From assembly GCA_040143965.1 (NCBI GenBank), contig JASJQH010006917.1, positions 1 through 39,541 of the forward strand: DNA of 39,541 nt, in the 5' to 3' direction. The notes under the pieces are model-generated. The model was given only the letters and a program-made list of their open reading frames with translations. It made no database searches and was not told the DNA's origin. Positions 1 to 12,262 of the stretch are shown one piece after another. The DNA comes from Basidiobolus ranarum (Eukaryota). A program made the translations under genes and the position numbers. The stretch's first letter is position 1. Each line of letters begins with the position of its first letter.

Positions 1-44
1 ATCGTCTTCGTGCAAAGTACAACTGTGGTTTTCTTTCCTGGCAT
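1..44 (-). CDS. Possible 5' end of a gene running off the window start (MPGKKTTVVLCTKT...)
   Basis: ATG at 44-42 in an A-rich context (AACAAGATG), open to the window edge. Too short to identify. Confidence 0.25.
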   Translation of the reverse strand, partial: MPGKKTTVVLCTKT

Positions 45-338
45 CTTGTTGTGATGTTAGTGGTACAAGTATCAAAATATCAAGAAATGGATCATGTCTT
101 GAAATCTAAATTGAAAATCCATCGTTTCCGGATTCACCAATTCTCATTAAATAAAAACTTTCAAAAGTATATCCAGTCTGTACATGTCACAATGGAAAGC
201 CAAACAGTTCAACCATTCGATTGTCGGTTCTAATGTGATGCTGCTTTTTTAATCAAGTGTAACTTGGTTTATTGTAAGAACGAGATTTGAGATTTCGAAG
301 TAAATTTAAATATTTAACATCAATTCTTTGCTGTATCA

Positions 339-1822
339 TCAAGGATCTGTATTGGGATTTTCATTATCAAAGGAGCGTCGGGAGCTTGGTCTTTGATGGT
401 CACGATGTGGTGATCTTGATCTATGCCTCCTAGAGTGTGAATCGTAGTCTTTTCCGCGATCGTTTGAAGAGAATCTGCGCCTATTCGGTGATCGCTCATT
501 CCTTCTATGTCCTTTATTGTATGGAGATCTAGATCTACTGCGTGAACGAGATCTTCCTTGTCTGTAGCCTTTAGGCCTATCGAAGTTGGGTGATTCTGAT
601 ATTTCGCGCTCACGTCGTCTTCCTCGCCTTTCACGAGGAATGGTCCTTGAGTTGTCTCTAGAGGATGATCTGTGGCGCCTTTCGGATTTGCTGCTTCTAT
701 CGCGCATGGGTGATCTAGAGCGACGTTCTCTTGAGATCGACCTGTCCCTTCTATAGCTATCCGCTGAAGTGGGTGATTGTCTCCTTGTTTTTCTTGGTGG
801 GGAACTTTCACGTAATTTATGGGAGCGTCCAGAGTAGGGTTTTCTATCACGGCTCTCCGGAGTTAATGACCTCGATCTAGATCTTGAATAATCTCGGGAA
901 TGTTTGGATTTCTTTCTGTGCTTCTCTTTCTTATGCTTCTTCTTATGTTTTTTATCTTTCTTTGCAGAGATATGGTCGGAATTTAAAAGCTCAAGTTCCT
1001 CTTTGTCCTCGGCTTTTGCTATTATAACATTTTTACCATATGTTGGTACATTTCCAAGGATCAATTGCTCTCTAGTATCTACTGGTTCCGTTGTACTATT
1101 TACTAGACGACCAGATTGTTTGAAACCTAGACCACGTCCCAAACTTCCAACCGTTTCCTCTTCTGAGTCGTCTTGATTTTTTTTTACAATATTTTGAATT
1201 TCTTTATCGGATATATTGCTAGTATGGTTACGTTTCGGTAATCCCCTTTTAAATTGAAATAGAGGTTAATCGGATGCTACGCAGCTTTACATTGTCATAG
1301 GGTATTCATGTTCGTTGTATAAATATTCAAGAAAGGTGAAACTTACAGAGCTTCGGCCATAGCATCTGCTTCTGCTTCTTTTATAGCTCGGAGTTCTTCA
1401 GCTCGTTTATCGGCTGCTTCTTTGCTATGTTCATACCATAATAGATCTTTACCTAAATAAGTGAGAATAAGGGATAGGTTGTCAGAAAACATACGAAGAA
1501 GCCATATTTTTAGAGAAATAAAGAAAAAACCTTTCTGCCATCTATGAATAAGAGTAAATTTGAAGGAAAAGTTTTAGTTATTAAATAATAAAGGTGAGTG
1601 GTGACGATTTGGTAAGGTAAATACCTTCCGACAGGTGCTTTCACTGAGTGACCAAGATAATTTTCTCTATATTTATCTTCTTTTACATCGTCCCAAGAAA
1701 ACTGATCTTGCCCACCTCTTACTCCTAAAAATTGGAAGAAGTATACTTTAGAAGACTGATCTCTTCTTTCCGAAACATTTCTTTTGAGTTGAATAATTAC
1801 CACCGCGTGTAGGATGAAACAT
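339..1822 (-). CDS. MMTAG2: Multiple myeloma tumor-associated protein 2 (MMTAG2/C1orf35)-like protein with long Lys/Arg/Ser-rich C-terminus
   Basis: Spliced exons 1822-1801, 1724-1625, 1541-1531, 1452-1347, 1245-339 (all GT-AG) give [51 protein letters not shown], the conserved MMtag N-terminus. K-rich and RS-rich low complexity follows. Confidence 0.88.
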
Positions 1823-2053
1823 GTTCAGTGGTTGTTCGTTGAAAAGGAGTATAGTTAAAGGTGTTGAAATTAATATGTATTTGAAATTATCAAAAAATAA
1901 TCGATGGTAAGTGGATCCTCGATTAGTGTCTACTACAAATCAATGAGATATTTGAAAAGTGGATTGTTTTAGAAAAATCGATAATATTTGCGAATCTTTA
2001 TCATGAGTTCAAGATCATACTTTTTATAGAGCATATGAACGGGAGAATATAAC

Positions 2054-4732
2054 CTAGTTTATGGTGTTTAACAATGTGTATACATTTAAGTATAATGAAT
2101 CTCCAGGGTTTTGAATTGTGAGACTCAAATAGTCAGTATCCAAGTGAGGCCATTGTTGATGAATGAGCTTTAAACGACTTCTCAAAGGCCCTAAATCTAC
2201 AACTGACGGTGCTACTACCAATGTTCTATTTATATTATTAATATGCGAGCTAAAGGTGAAAGTATAGTAGTTAACGTCGATTTCGGGCCTACCTTTGAAA
2301 CTCTCCATTATCAGTAATGCCGAATATTACCCCAGTGGATTCATTTGCAGATTGCATAAATGAAGAAGGTATGCCATGATAAGACGTAAGGGTTTTTTCT
2401 AAACTTTCTAGAGATGCACCCGCTAAATCTACCAGGTATATCCGGTCACCTTTCTTAATAGTGAATAGATGTTGTGGTGGCATATATGTCTTGTAAAAAA
2501 TGACGTTTGTCCTAAGCTTGAACTGTGTATCGACCTCTGCAATAGTATATTGAGACTCTATCTAATCTCTAAGAGAAAAAGGTTATATAAATACCATTGC
2601 CGTGAAGTGGAGAAGAATGCTGACAATGTAGATGCTCCTCATACAACGAACAAAACACAGACTTTTTGATCTCATGTTGTATGTGGCTGATAACTGGGAT
2701 GATCCCACCTTGATGAAGGATTCCAAATATCAAGAGCCCAGAAATATTGAACAGAATGAATAGAGACTAAATGGGGAAAGAGAAATCAAATAAACATCTG
2801 GCATATGCTATACAGCTTGAATGAATGGTCGAGTCTACCCAAAATCCTTTGGACATTTGTTTGTATTTGTCACTCAGGATAAAGATGACCGGGAAAAATA
2901 TTGGCAGTAAGAATCGAGGCTCTTGGTGTGGCATGATAGAAAGTACTGCTATTCCGAACAATGCTGAATACGCGAAAGCTAATAACAAAATACTCTGATT
3001 AGTAGACAATTCGTGGAAGTGTATTGGCAATGGCATTCCTTGAATTTAGATAATTGAGGTATTTGTTCTCATAAAGTCTTTAATCGTTAACTTGTTTAAT
3101 AGAAGTCAGCCTCAGGCTCAGACTCGAGATTTGTCAATTCGTAAATACCAGAATATCACCGCAACCATAGTCATTAGAGTTGATTTTTGTATGGCACTCA
3201 CTTGTTTTCAGAAAGATTTTGGAATAGACTTTTTTGTTATAGATTGCTGATGTACACTTCCTTTCCACCAGATAAACGAGCGGTCCAAACAAAAGAGGTG
3301 TATACACCAATATATGAAAGTACCACGGATGTAGCCCATGCAACGAAATATTTCCCTTATTTAAATTGTGAAGAACGTTGTTTAGCGGGGTGATGACCAG
3401 AGTTCCCTAAGAATATTTAATTAGAGGAGCATTTGCCAAGAATGTTTTCATAAGCAAGTACCCTCTTTAGTGTATCTGACAAGGAGATGGGATCTATTAG
3501 CAACTCGTGCCAATGGCCCTGATCATGTGTTCTAAACGAGTCAAAATATATAGAATCAATGATAATAATAGTTGAGCTGGACACAATTAACCCAACAAAT
3601 AACGGAAAAGTAGTAATCATGAATGTCCATAGTCTTGATAGTCTAACAAATGTTCGATTGAAATTAGAGACATAGAGTTCTCGACTTGCCTTATCAGTAA
3701 TCACTTACATTTTTTTACGGGTGTTGGTTAGTGTTTGCGTTCCAACAGCGTAAAGATAAGCACATCCGATAGGGATGGCATATATTGGAAACGTGATTCG
3801 AGTGAATGTGCCCAATCCAAAGAGAAGTCCTAGCCTATATGAGCTTGAAATCGACGGGATCTGATATCCATAAAAATCTATATATGTGCGGAAAGCAATG
3901 GTATGTATAACTTCATACCTTGAATACTGTTGATGATGCGTCGCTTTGTTTGTTGAATAGTGGTGGTATAACAACGGCTTTCTGCAATATATATCCACAC
4001 AAGGCCAAAAAAATAGCCTCAATGGCATTTGAGAAAGGCCGAGTGAAATACACCAAAAACGTATAAGAAGACGAAAGAACTAACAATACCGGGTAGGGAT
4101 CCCGTCGGTATATCTTGCTCAGTTTAAATAAGATGTAGTCTAGAAAATCGAATAAGTTTATACTATTCATTCAAGTACAAGCTCTGGCAGTTTCTTACCA
4201 AACATAAAGGTCGAAAGAGTAAAGGGAAATCTCTCAACCACTAGTAAAATGAAAGTATTGATTGGAAGAACTAAAGTCACCAAAAATACAGGTTAAGTTT
4301 GTTTGTTATGCTATCACGTGATTTCTCCAACTTACTGTTTAACTCTAGCTGGCTCAGAGTATCATAAAGCAACTTAAGTATAGTAAATGGTATGCCAACT
4401 ATAAAAGCACTGTTGTGTGGAAAAGTCGACCAATACTCAATGTTGAGTAGAAATCAAGGCAAATTTGACCAAGTAAAAAAACCTTACGGAATAACATTGA
4501 AACGACATGGCTGGTCGCAACTATATTCCCATGCTCGAAATACTTCGAATTGAAATACATCACCTAAATTACAATGAGTTGACTGCATCTCTCACTCACT
4601 GTTATTATTGAACTTACCAGCGACAATTTCAGGTGTTTGAAAGAACTCGTCAGGGTGGATGTAGCCAGGTAAAAATATACACATTATCCGTAGTATTGCC
4701 AGGAGAGTATATAGAGTACGTTGATGTAACAT
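2054..4732 (-). CDS. SMP3: GPI mannosyltransferase 4 (PIG-Z/Smp3, GT22 family), about 12 exons
   Basis: Spliced motifs [13 protein letters not shown] (exon 1), [62 protein letters not shown] and C-terminal WPHLDTD. The ORF-track fragments 2054-2483 are the last exons of this gene. Confidence 0.9.
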
Positions 4733-5234
4733 TATGCACAGGTAGAGAGCTACAAAACTGAGGCTAGTCAAGAGTAGTTTTTAGACTCTATGCTAATCAA
4801 CGATATACTTCTATACTGTTTTCATCAATGATGGCAGCAGATTGTGAATTTACATGGTAAGCCACCTGAATGGACTGCAGAATCTTTGCCAATATCTAAA
4901 ACGGAATTCACAGCGACTATCAACTATTACTGTACAATCCACGCCACTCAGTGAATATAAATCATTGGATAAATGCTACCATTGACAATCTATTTAGGTA
5001 TTGATGGGCATTTAGACAACCCTTAAACAGGAATATAGGATCCAACTTTTGGTGTATATAGTCTTTATATTCAATATTTGCAATGGTTGATGAATGCAGT
5101 CTAAATCTTTAAAAAGCATTTATCAAGACATGGGATTCTATATTTGTAACGCATATAAATATATATAGAAAAAGTGAACGCACGTTGCGAGAAAAAATGT
5201 AACGATACAAGCACCACAGGGAGAGTACTTAAAC

Positions 5235-6575
5235 TTAGTCAGAAGGTGGGTGGGTTTCTCGAATGGTTTCATCCAATCCCATCTCCCTATAGTAGTCCTT
5301 GAAATCAATATACTTTTCTTGAACATCAAATATATCTTCTTGGTAACCAGTCCCAGATCTCATGGCAGTTAACATGATACTTTCATTGCCGTCTTCTAAC
5401 CCGCCAAACACATATCCATTCGCTTTATCGATCACTCGTAAGAGATTGGTTACCGAGGCTTTATCCTAAACATATCATATACTGAGTGTTTGCAGGTGAA
5501 AGTTACTAAAGATACCATGGTTACCTCGATGCACAGTGTGTAGAACCCAACCAAGTTGAAATCCTCAATCAATTCGCACAATGCTTTGTTGAGTTCAGCA
5601 AAGCGTTGACCGAATGCATCTTGGTTCAAATGATCCAATAGATACTCCAAGTTCATAACTTCAGTATAAAAATCAAGGCTGAAGGCTAAATATCATTTAC
5701 ATCAGTGCTCCGACTACTTAATTGTTAAGCAACTACCTTGTAAAGCACAAACCTAGCTTTCCATAAGCCTCGATTAAATCCATCTTGGACAGAACATTGA
5801 TATGAGGAAGCTCCAGCATGACCATCGTCTTCAATGAGAGCAACAGCACCGAGATGTACTTAGTTGGATCCGTACAGTAGTGAGCATCCACTAAATGAAC
5901 AGCAACCAACTACATATATGTGTTTAGCACATCACTTTTCAACTAGCCTATCTACTATGATGAGAATACGCTACCCTGAAGTCAAATTTTTGTAATTTAT
6001 CTACAATATTCTTCACCGCTGAATTATGAGTATAAAGCTCAACTTGTCCGGGGAAATCGAAAAGAAAGTAATGATCTAAGATGTACGGTCGTCCACTTAG
6101 TCTATTACGATACAATGTAGCATAAATAAGTGAAGCGCGCCTACCTGGAAACTTTTTACATTCTTCGACTAACCAATCTAAGTTCTTTTCTAAATATTCT
6201 ATGCAATACATCATTCCTCCGTTAGGCCCCAACTTTAAGTTTTCCATAGCGTCTTCTAAAGTGATCAAGTCAGCAATATTTATATCACACTTGTAAGGCA
6301 CGAAATCGTTGGCTGGATCGAGATTTACAATTGCAACCTTTCTATTTGATATCAGTTATACGGAGTGAATTAGCCTCGATTCGTTTAGTATTAGATTGAA
6401 GAATGACAAAGAAATTTTACCTTCCCAGCGCAGTGAGGAATTGTTGCATACCATTGCAATACGTGGTCTTTCCTGAACCAGGCGGACCAATAACGAGCTA
6501 TATAATACATTTATGTCGATTAATAATCTGATAGGCAGAAGGTGGAAATATATTTTTTACTTGAGCATACGGCAT
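5235..6575 (-). CDS. GPN2: GPN-loop GTPase 2
   Basis: Spliced: [41 protein letters not shown] (GPN loop), [35 protein letters not shown]. Confidence 0.93.
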
Positions 6576-6730
6576 TTTTGAACGTTGGTTTGTGAAAAGC
6601 TAGAGTTCTTTGTCAGTGTCGCTCGTTCGTTTAATACAGAAATTTACACATGTGGATCCATTACTAATTCATTCCTTTTGCTTCCATTATGTTTAACTTC
6701 GCTAAACTTCAATGCCAAGTTGTTTATACT

Positions 6731-6782
6731 GTCACGTGAAAACTGTTGGTCAGAATCATTGCCAAGATAGAAAACAACCAAT
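6731..6782. promoter_or_regulatory. Divergent GPN2/SFT2 promoter elements: GTCACGTGA (Cbf1/bHLH-type E-box), TGCCAAG, CCAAT box
   Basis: Motifs at 6731-6739, 6760-6766 and 6778-6782 in the 371-bp head-to-head interval. Function is inferred. Confidence 0.4.
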
Positions 6783-6946
6783 CAGTCAACCGGATTATAT
6801 ATATATGTATTTGTATTACGATTAAGTAAACGAAAAGGAGACTATACCAATACGAATGTTCGGTTCAAGCCTCAATATTTCTGCTTTAATATTTAAAGCT
6901 CTTTCTCGCTCAAGTTTTTAAACTTATATATTATACGCTCGACAAT

Positions 6947-7902
6947 ATGACTTCATCGAATCGACCTTTTGCTGAATCTTTTCGCTTTCTTAATGTCGAT
7001 TCAACTGGCTTTCCGACTGGAGCTACTCAAGATCAAAGTGAAACATCTACTTGGTCACGTTTCACCAACTCCACCGGTTCTTTATTCTCAAATATGAGAA
7101 ATACCGCACAAGGATATCTTCCTCTAAATCAAGCTCAACAGGAGCCCAGTTGGTTTGCGTTGAATTATTGGCAGGTAATTTAGTAAATCTTATAAAAAAA
7201 GCTTCGCCTTTGAATTTAATACTGATTCTTGGTTCATGATAGCGTTGGGTAGGCTTCTTCATCTGCGTAGCAGTTGGATTTTTATGCTTTACTGTGGTAA
7301 GTTAAGAAGAATCATTTCGGAGTATATCTGTATATTAATTGACTTTTACCAAGGCTTTCTTCACTATTCCTATAATCGTTATTCGACCTCAAAAATTCGC
7401 CCTTGCCTTCACTATGGGTAGTTTGTTGCTGATGGCTAGGTATTTACCGTTCAGATTCAGCTCTTTGAAAGTCGCCTTTTCTTAATATTCTTAAATTCCG
7501 CAGTTTTGCACTCTTAAAAGGACCTACCTCACACTTCCGTCATATCTTTTCCAAGGAGCGTCTTCCTTTTACCATCACGTATGGCAGCTCTATGATTCTC
7601 ACCTTGTATTTCTCCGTGGTGGTAAGGCATTTTACCTTATCAAACTCTGTACGATGCTCTCAATGTTGATTATTTGTGAAATCTAGGCTCATCAGTATAT
7701 CGGAACTATCATTTTCTGTGTAATCCAACTAATTGCGCTTGTGTGGTAAATGCCATTCACATGCTATGTTCACCACTTTTTAAATTACTCATCATCAGAA
7801 TTTTATAGGTACATTGTCTCTTATTTGCCTGGTGGTACATCCACTCTACTCAGTACAACTAGAGCATTTTCACGCAGTGCTACCACTCTCCTTCCCATGT
7901 AG
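6947..7902 (+). CDS. SFT2: Vesicle transport protein Sft2 (Got1/Sft2 family)
   Basis: Exons 6947-7174, 7243-7296, 7354-7439, 7504-7621, 7687-7745, 7809-7902. Motifs [37 protein letters not shown], with four TM segments. Confidence 0.9.
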
Positions 7903-8200
7903 AGCAGCACTAATTGTAATTCCCGAAAGTCCGGCATTAATTTATCTATCATTGATTCGAACAAGATCACGAATGCATCTTTTTCAACCTTCGTATCAAT
8001 ATTCCTAATCGTTCATGTCAGAAAGAAGTCTATCATGTTTTGTACGGATTAATTATGCTCATTATCAATCAATCGAAGTAACAAAGGAGTGTTCCCCTTC
8101 TAATGAAGAGCCAGACCACTTGTATGTTTAACTGTGCTAAACGAATAAAGAGAAATCTTGCTTTTCCAAAAGTTGATATATTGAACCATAAATGTGTGTA

Positions 8201-10497
8201 TTAATGTGAGGACTTCTTGGACTTGCTTGATTTAGTCTTGGTTTTAACAGGTACTTCGTGGGAGTCATGATCAGATTGTGTAGTAACTTGTAAAGCGGGA
8301 AGAGCGTCTTGACTAGGTTCATTCCAATCAACGGATGTCTCATTGATTTGGATGTTTGTGATCCAAGGATTGCTATTGGAGTTGTTCGCGTTTTCGTTAA
8401 TTTCTTCGTAACCAGCGGGGGATCCCGTTAAATTTAATGAACCCATGTTCATGTTGAAATTATAATCATAGAACTGAGAATTCCCCTCAGAGCTTTGAGT
8501 GTGTGCGAATGTTTCATCTTGGGAAAATTCGTTGTTGAGATATGGAGAAAAGGAGTTAGGAGAGCTATCATATGGTGACATGAAATCCAGTCCCGTCCCT
8601 AAGAAACTATTCACATCACTATGAGTGCGTTCTCCTACTTCAAATAAATTCACTTGGTTTGAATTGATTTCGTCGTCCTCTGACTCCTGGGGACTATCCA
8701 GTTGATTGAGTGGTGCTTCTGGTGGAGTGACAGTGAACTGTTCCTCTTCGTAATCAGATACTTCTATATCTTCATCATTAGCTACGAGCGGGTTACCGCC
8801 CTCATCGTCACTTGATTCCAATCGTTTTTTCATATTTGCTGTGGAAGTATCAGTCACATCGATGTCATTGAAAAAATCGTCCATTAATTCCCCAGGTTTA
8901 TACTCCTCTAGAAGACTTTGAGAATGTGAGGTTTTCAGCTCGCCTTGGGCTTGATTTGAGTTTTTCTGATCTGGTATACACTCAGTATCAGAATCATCTT
9001 CGGAACTTCCATCCCCTGTAGAGATTTCAAGAGTTCAGATTTAGAATTGCCTGATTTTGGGGAACATGGAATACTTGCCAGCGAAATTCATTCTATTTTT
9101 GAACATAGCATCTTCACTATTATCCAATTCACTTAATAGCCTTCCCATCTCCTCCTCTTTCTGCTCCATTTGTTTCCTCAATACCTCTTTCTGAACAATT
9201 TAAGTGAGTGGGCATGAACAAAGAAGAATTTTCCAAGTTAAAAAAATACCTGAAGTGTTAAAAAAGGTACACCAAAGAACTTGTAAATATATTTCAAACC
9301 CTGGCCAGTTTTCAAACTACTTTCCACGTATCTTATCACGTTTGCAGCAGAACCTTCCTTGTTTTTACGCTTCAAATTGAATTTCGCTATCAAATTGATG
9401 ATATCTGACAATTGAACGGACCGTTTCTGACTGAATGTTAAATTGTGAGATATATTATGAACTTCTACAAACTGACTTGAGATATATTCTAAAGAACCTA
9501 CGCTTCGTCGGCATGATTCCCCTTTCGAGTGATCAAAGAGAACATTGTTATTTTATGGTATATGGGGTTATGATAACGAATTTCTAAAAAGTCCTTACCA
9601 CAATAAGTACTGTTAATCCATCAGGTATATTCTTCAACTCTTTGGAGACATATTCGAAGGTCCAAGGTTTGGTGATATCAAACATCAAAATTGCACCGTG
9701 AGTGTTTCTATATACGTTTACTGTTTGAGCATCTAGCAGTAGGTCTGGTGGTACAGGTGACTCTGAAGTTGGTGTACGCGAAGCGGAAGATGGGATACCT
9801 GGACCACAGAAACCGTTAATACGGTCGGTGGAAATATAGATACATCATATGATAGAAAATCGAATTTACTTGAAATATCATTAATATTCAGTTTTTTTTC
9901 TTCAAACTTTAGTTCTACATTATCTTTAACCGCTTTGACTCCATAATCCACCACATCCCACAACTCCACTTTGATAATATCCTCTGAAGCTAAAAATCAT
10001 GTAATTTTAGACCTTCTGAGGCATAAACGTGGATAAGGCTAGACTATTCATACCTTCGTCGTATTTCCATTTCAAGTTCGCTACTTGTATGTTAGCAGTA
10101 GTTTGGTAATCAGGTTCGAATTTTGATCCCTGTAACATGTTGACTTTAAGTTTGGGTTAAGACGTGAGTTAAGGATATGAAGGCGAAACTTGTATTTCTT
10201 TACATAGAGCAGTTTTTCCTGTCATTGTGTCTCCACGAATGACGAGCTTCACTGATAGGGAAATCCCGGAGTTAGACGAGTAAAAAACGTTTGAATTTAG
10301 TAGTAATATGAACTTACTATTATATCGTATGCCTTTACGAAATTGTGAAGGCATAGGAGTTAATTGTTTTGTTCTCAAATGAGCACTGGGATCCAGCACC
10401 GGTTTAGCTTGTTCATTTCCCTTTTAAATTAAGAAACGTCGTAAAGAAAGTGAGCTATATAGTTCGCTAATAGATACCACGAAGTTAACTTTACCAT
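8201..10497 (-). CDS. RABL6: Rab-like protein 6 (RABL6/RBEL1/PARF) atypical GTPase with acidic disordered C-terminus
   Basis: Spliced: FRKGIRYNMKLVIRGDTMTGKT, DIIKVELWDVVD, LDAQTVNVYRNTHGAILMFDITKPWTFEYV, GNHAD, IRYVESSLKTGQGLKYIYKFFGVPFLTLQKEVL. These are collinear with motifs I recall from metazoan RABL6 ([57 protein letters not shown]). The start codon exon is inferred at 10497-10495. Confidence 0.85.
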
Positions 10498-10850
10498 CCT
10501 GTTAAGTTTTAAGGAATCCCACACAAAAATTCGAACTTCAAGAAGGAGAACTAACCTTTGAATCAATAAATAATTGAATTATGACAAGAAATTTCTTGAC
10601 AGATGAGATTTTCTAGGAATTGCATGGATTTTGTGAGTGAAATGAATCGACGATAGATAAAGCTATATATACACTAAACAACTCTGATTAATTAGTGCAT
10701 TCAAGAACAGTCAAAATCACAACTATGCGGTCTGGTTTGAATTGCGAACTTTATTGCATGCAACCATTTTCTAAACAGGTAGCTGAATTATGACAATTGA
10801 ATAAATATTTCTATACATTAAAGGTATTCGATAACAGTAATTGTTATAGT

Positions 10851-12191
10851 TTACTGCAAGAAGCGCATGGCAAGTTCAAATCTAATTCAGAGGTCAATTA
10901 GTATGATATATTGAGTTATTTTCTATGAAGGCACTTACCCTACAAAAGTGGCCGCATTAGCGGGAGCAGCACGAATAATACAAGGAGTAGCACCGCGGAA
11001 GAATCCGGCAATGCCCTCATGAGTGAAAGTTTTACGGGCACAGTCTAACAGCGACTTGTACTTTTGAGAGGTGATGTCAAAGCTATCGGTTTGAAGTTTA
11101 GATTTGATAATATCCTACAACAGTGACAATATTGTTAACAATATTCAGGATACAAATTACCAGTCTGAACTTACTATGGGATATATGGTTAACCACATGG
11201 CATAACCAGCAGTAGCACCGTAAGCGCATACAGTCCAAGTGGAAAGCTCATCTCTAGCCTTGTTTTCCTTTTGTATAGCGCGTTGAACCAAGTATTCGTA
11301 AGTAAGGAAGTATGCACCATAACCCTGAAATTCACGAATCACGGTAGCAATTTGCCCCTTGTAGATACCACGAAGGCCATGGGACTGATAAATCTTTCGA
11401 ATACAGTCGATAGGGCCAGTATAAAATGCTTTAGAAGGAACTTGAGTCCCACTGGTACCTGAAAGGGCAGGTGAACTAGAGGTTTGAACTTGCAAGCGAG
11501 TACGAATATGCTCAACAGGTCCTAAAATAGGTGATTAGGTCATGAAGTTCTAAACTTGTACAAGAAAGAATTGACTTACCTGCTATAATGGAATTGGCGA
11601 CGCCTGCGGCAGCACCAGCAGTATACAATTGAGAAAGGGTGAGCATATTTGAGTCGGCACCCTTACCCGATCTAAGGTTGATATTGGTATATACTCTCTT
11701 CATTGCTTGGAGTACGAGAAACTGAATGGAAACGCATGCTCCTACGCCAACCAAGGGAGTAGTGGTGCCCTACATTTTAAGTTTATTAATTGGGCTTACG
11801 AATTGACTATACCGATGTAGACTGCATGCCTTATAGAAACCAGCAAAACCTTCTTGAGCGATTGTCTTCTTAACACAGTCAATAGTACCAGTATATAATG
11901 GAGCGACACCAGGAGCAGGAGTTGGCTGTGTTTGAAGTCTCTGTAAACAAATAATATATCAATATTGGAATACCATGAGCTATAGCATTATCATATACGC
12001 ACCACTTTCACAGTATCAAACGGCTGTTGAAAGAAATTCAAGAGCAAGATTAAAACATTGTTAGTAATAGATCAAATCTCATTCAAGTAACCTAGGTTAC
12101 ATACCTGGCCTGCGAAAACTTGTAAAATACCACCAGCGGAGCCGGCGACACAGTCCTTGACGGCACGCATGGGATCTTCATTTTTTACCAT
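10851..12191 (-). CDS. YMC1: Mitochondrial carrier family (SLC25) protein, Ymc1/Ymc2-like (carnitine/amino-acid carrier clade)
   Basis: Three PX[DE]XX[KR] signatures ([30 protein letters not shown]), plus [21 protein letters not shown] and [10 protein letters not shown]. The exact orthologue and substrate are uncertain. Confidence 0.8.
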
Positions 12192-12262
12192 TATTACACA
12201 ATAGAAGAAATCTGGTATTAACAAATAAACTCCACACAACTCTAGTCAGCCGTGAGGCGGCC

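Noticed and set aside
320-1176. Overlapping and antisense ORFs (320-850, 904-1176) and similar shadow ORFs over PRP16, TAO3, TRZ1, FPR4 and NAP1
   Set aside because: They are alternative-frame or antisense artefacts of low-complexity coding exons, with no recognisable motifs.
2054-2483. ORFs 2054-2308 and 2289-2483 as a separate small gene
   Set aside because: The frame extends upstream of the Met ([12 protein letters not shown]) and splices to the HQGG exon, so these are the last exons of PIG-Z.
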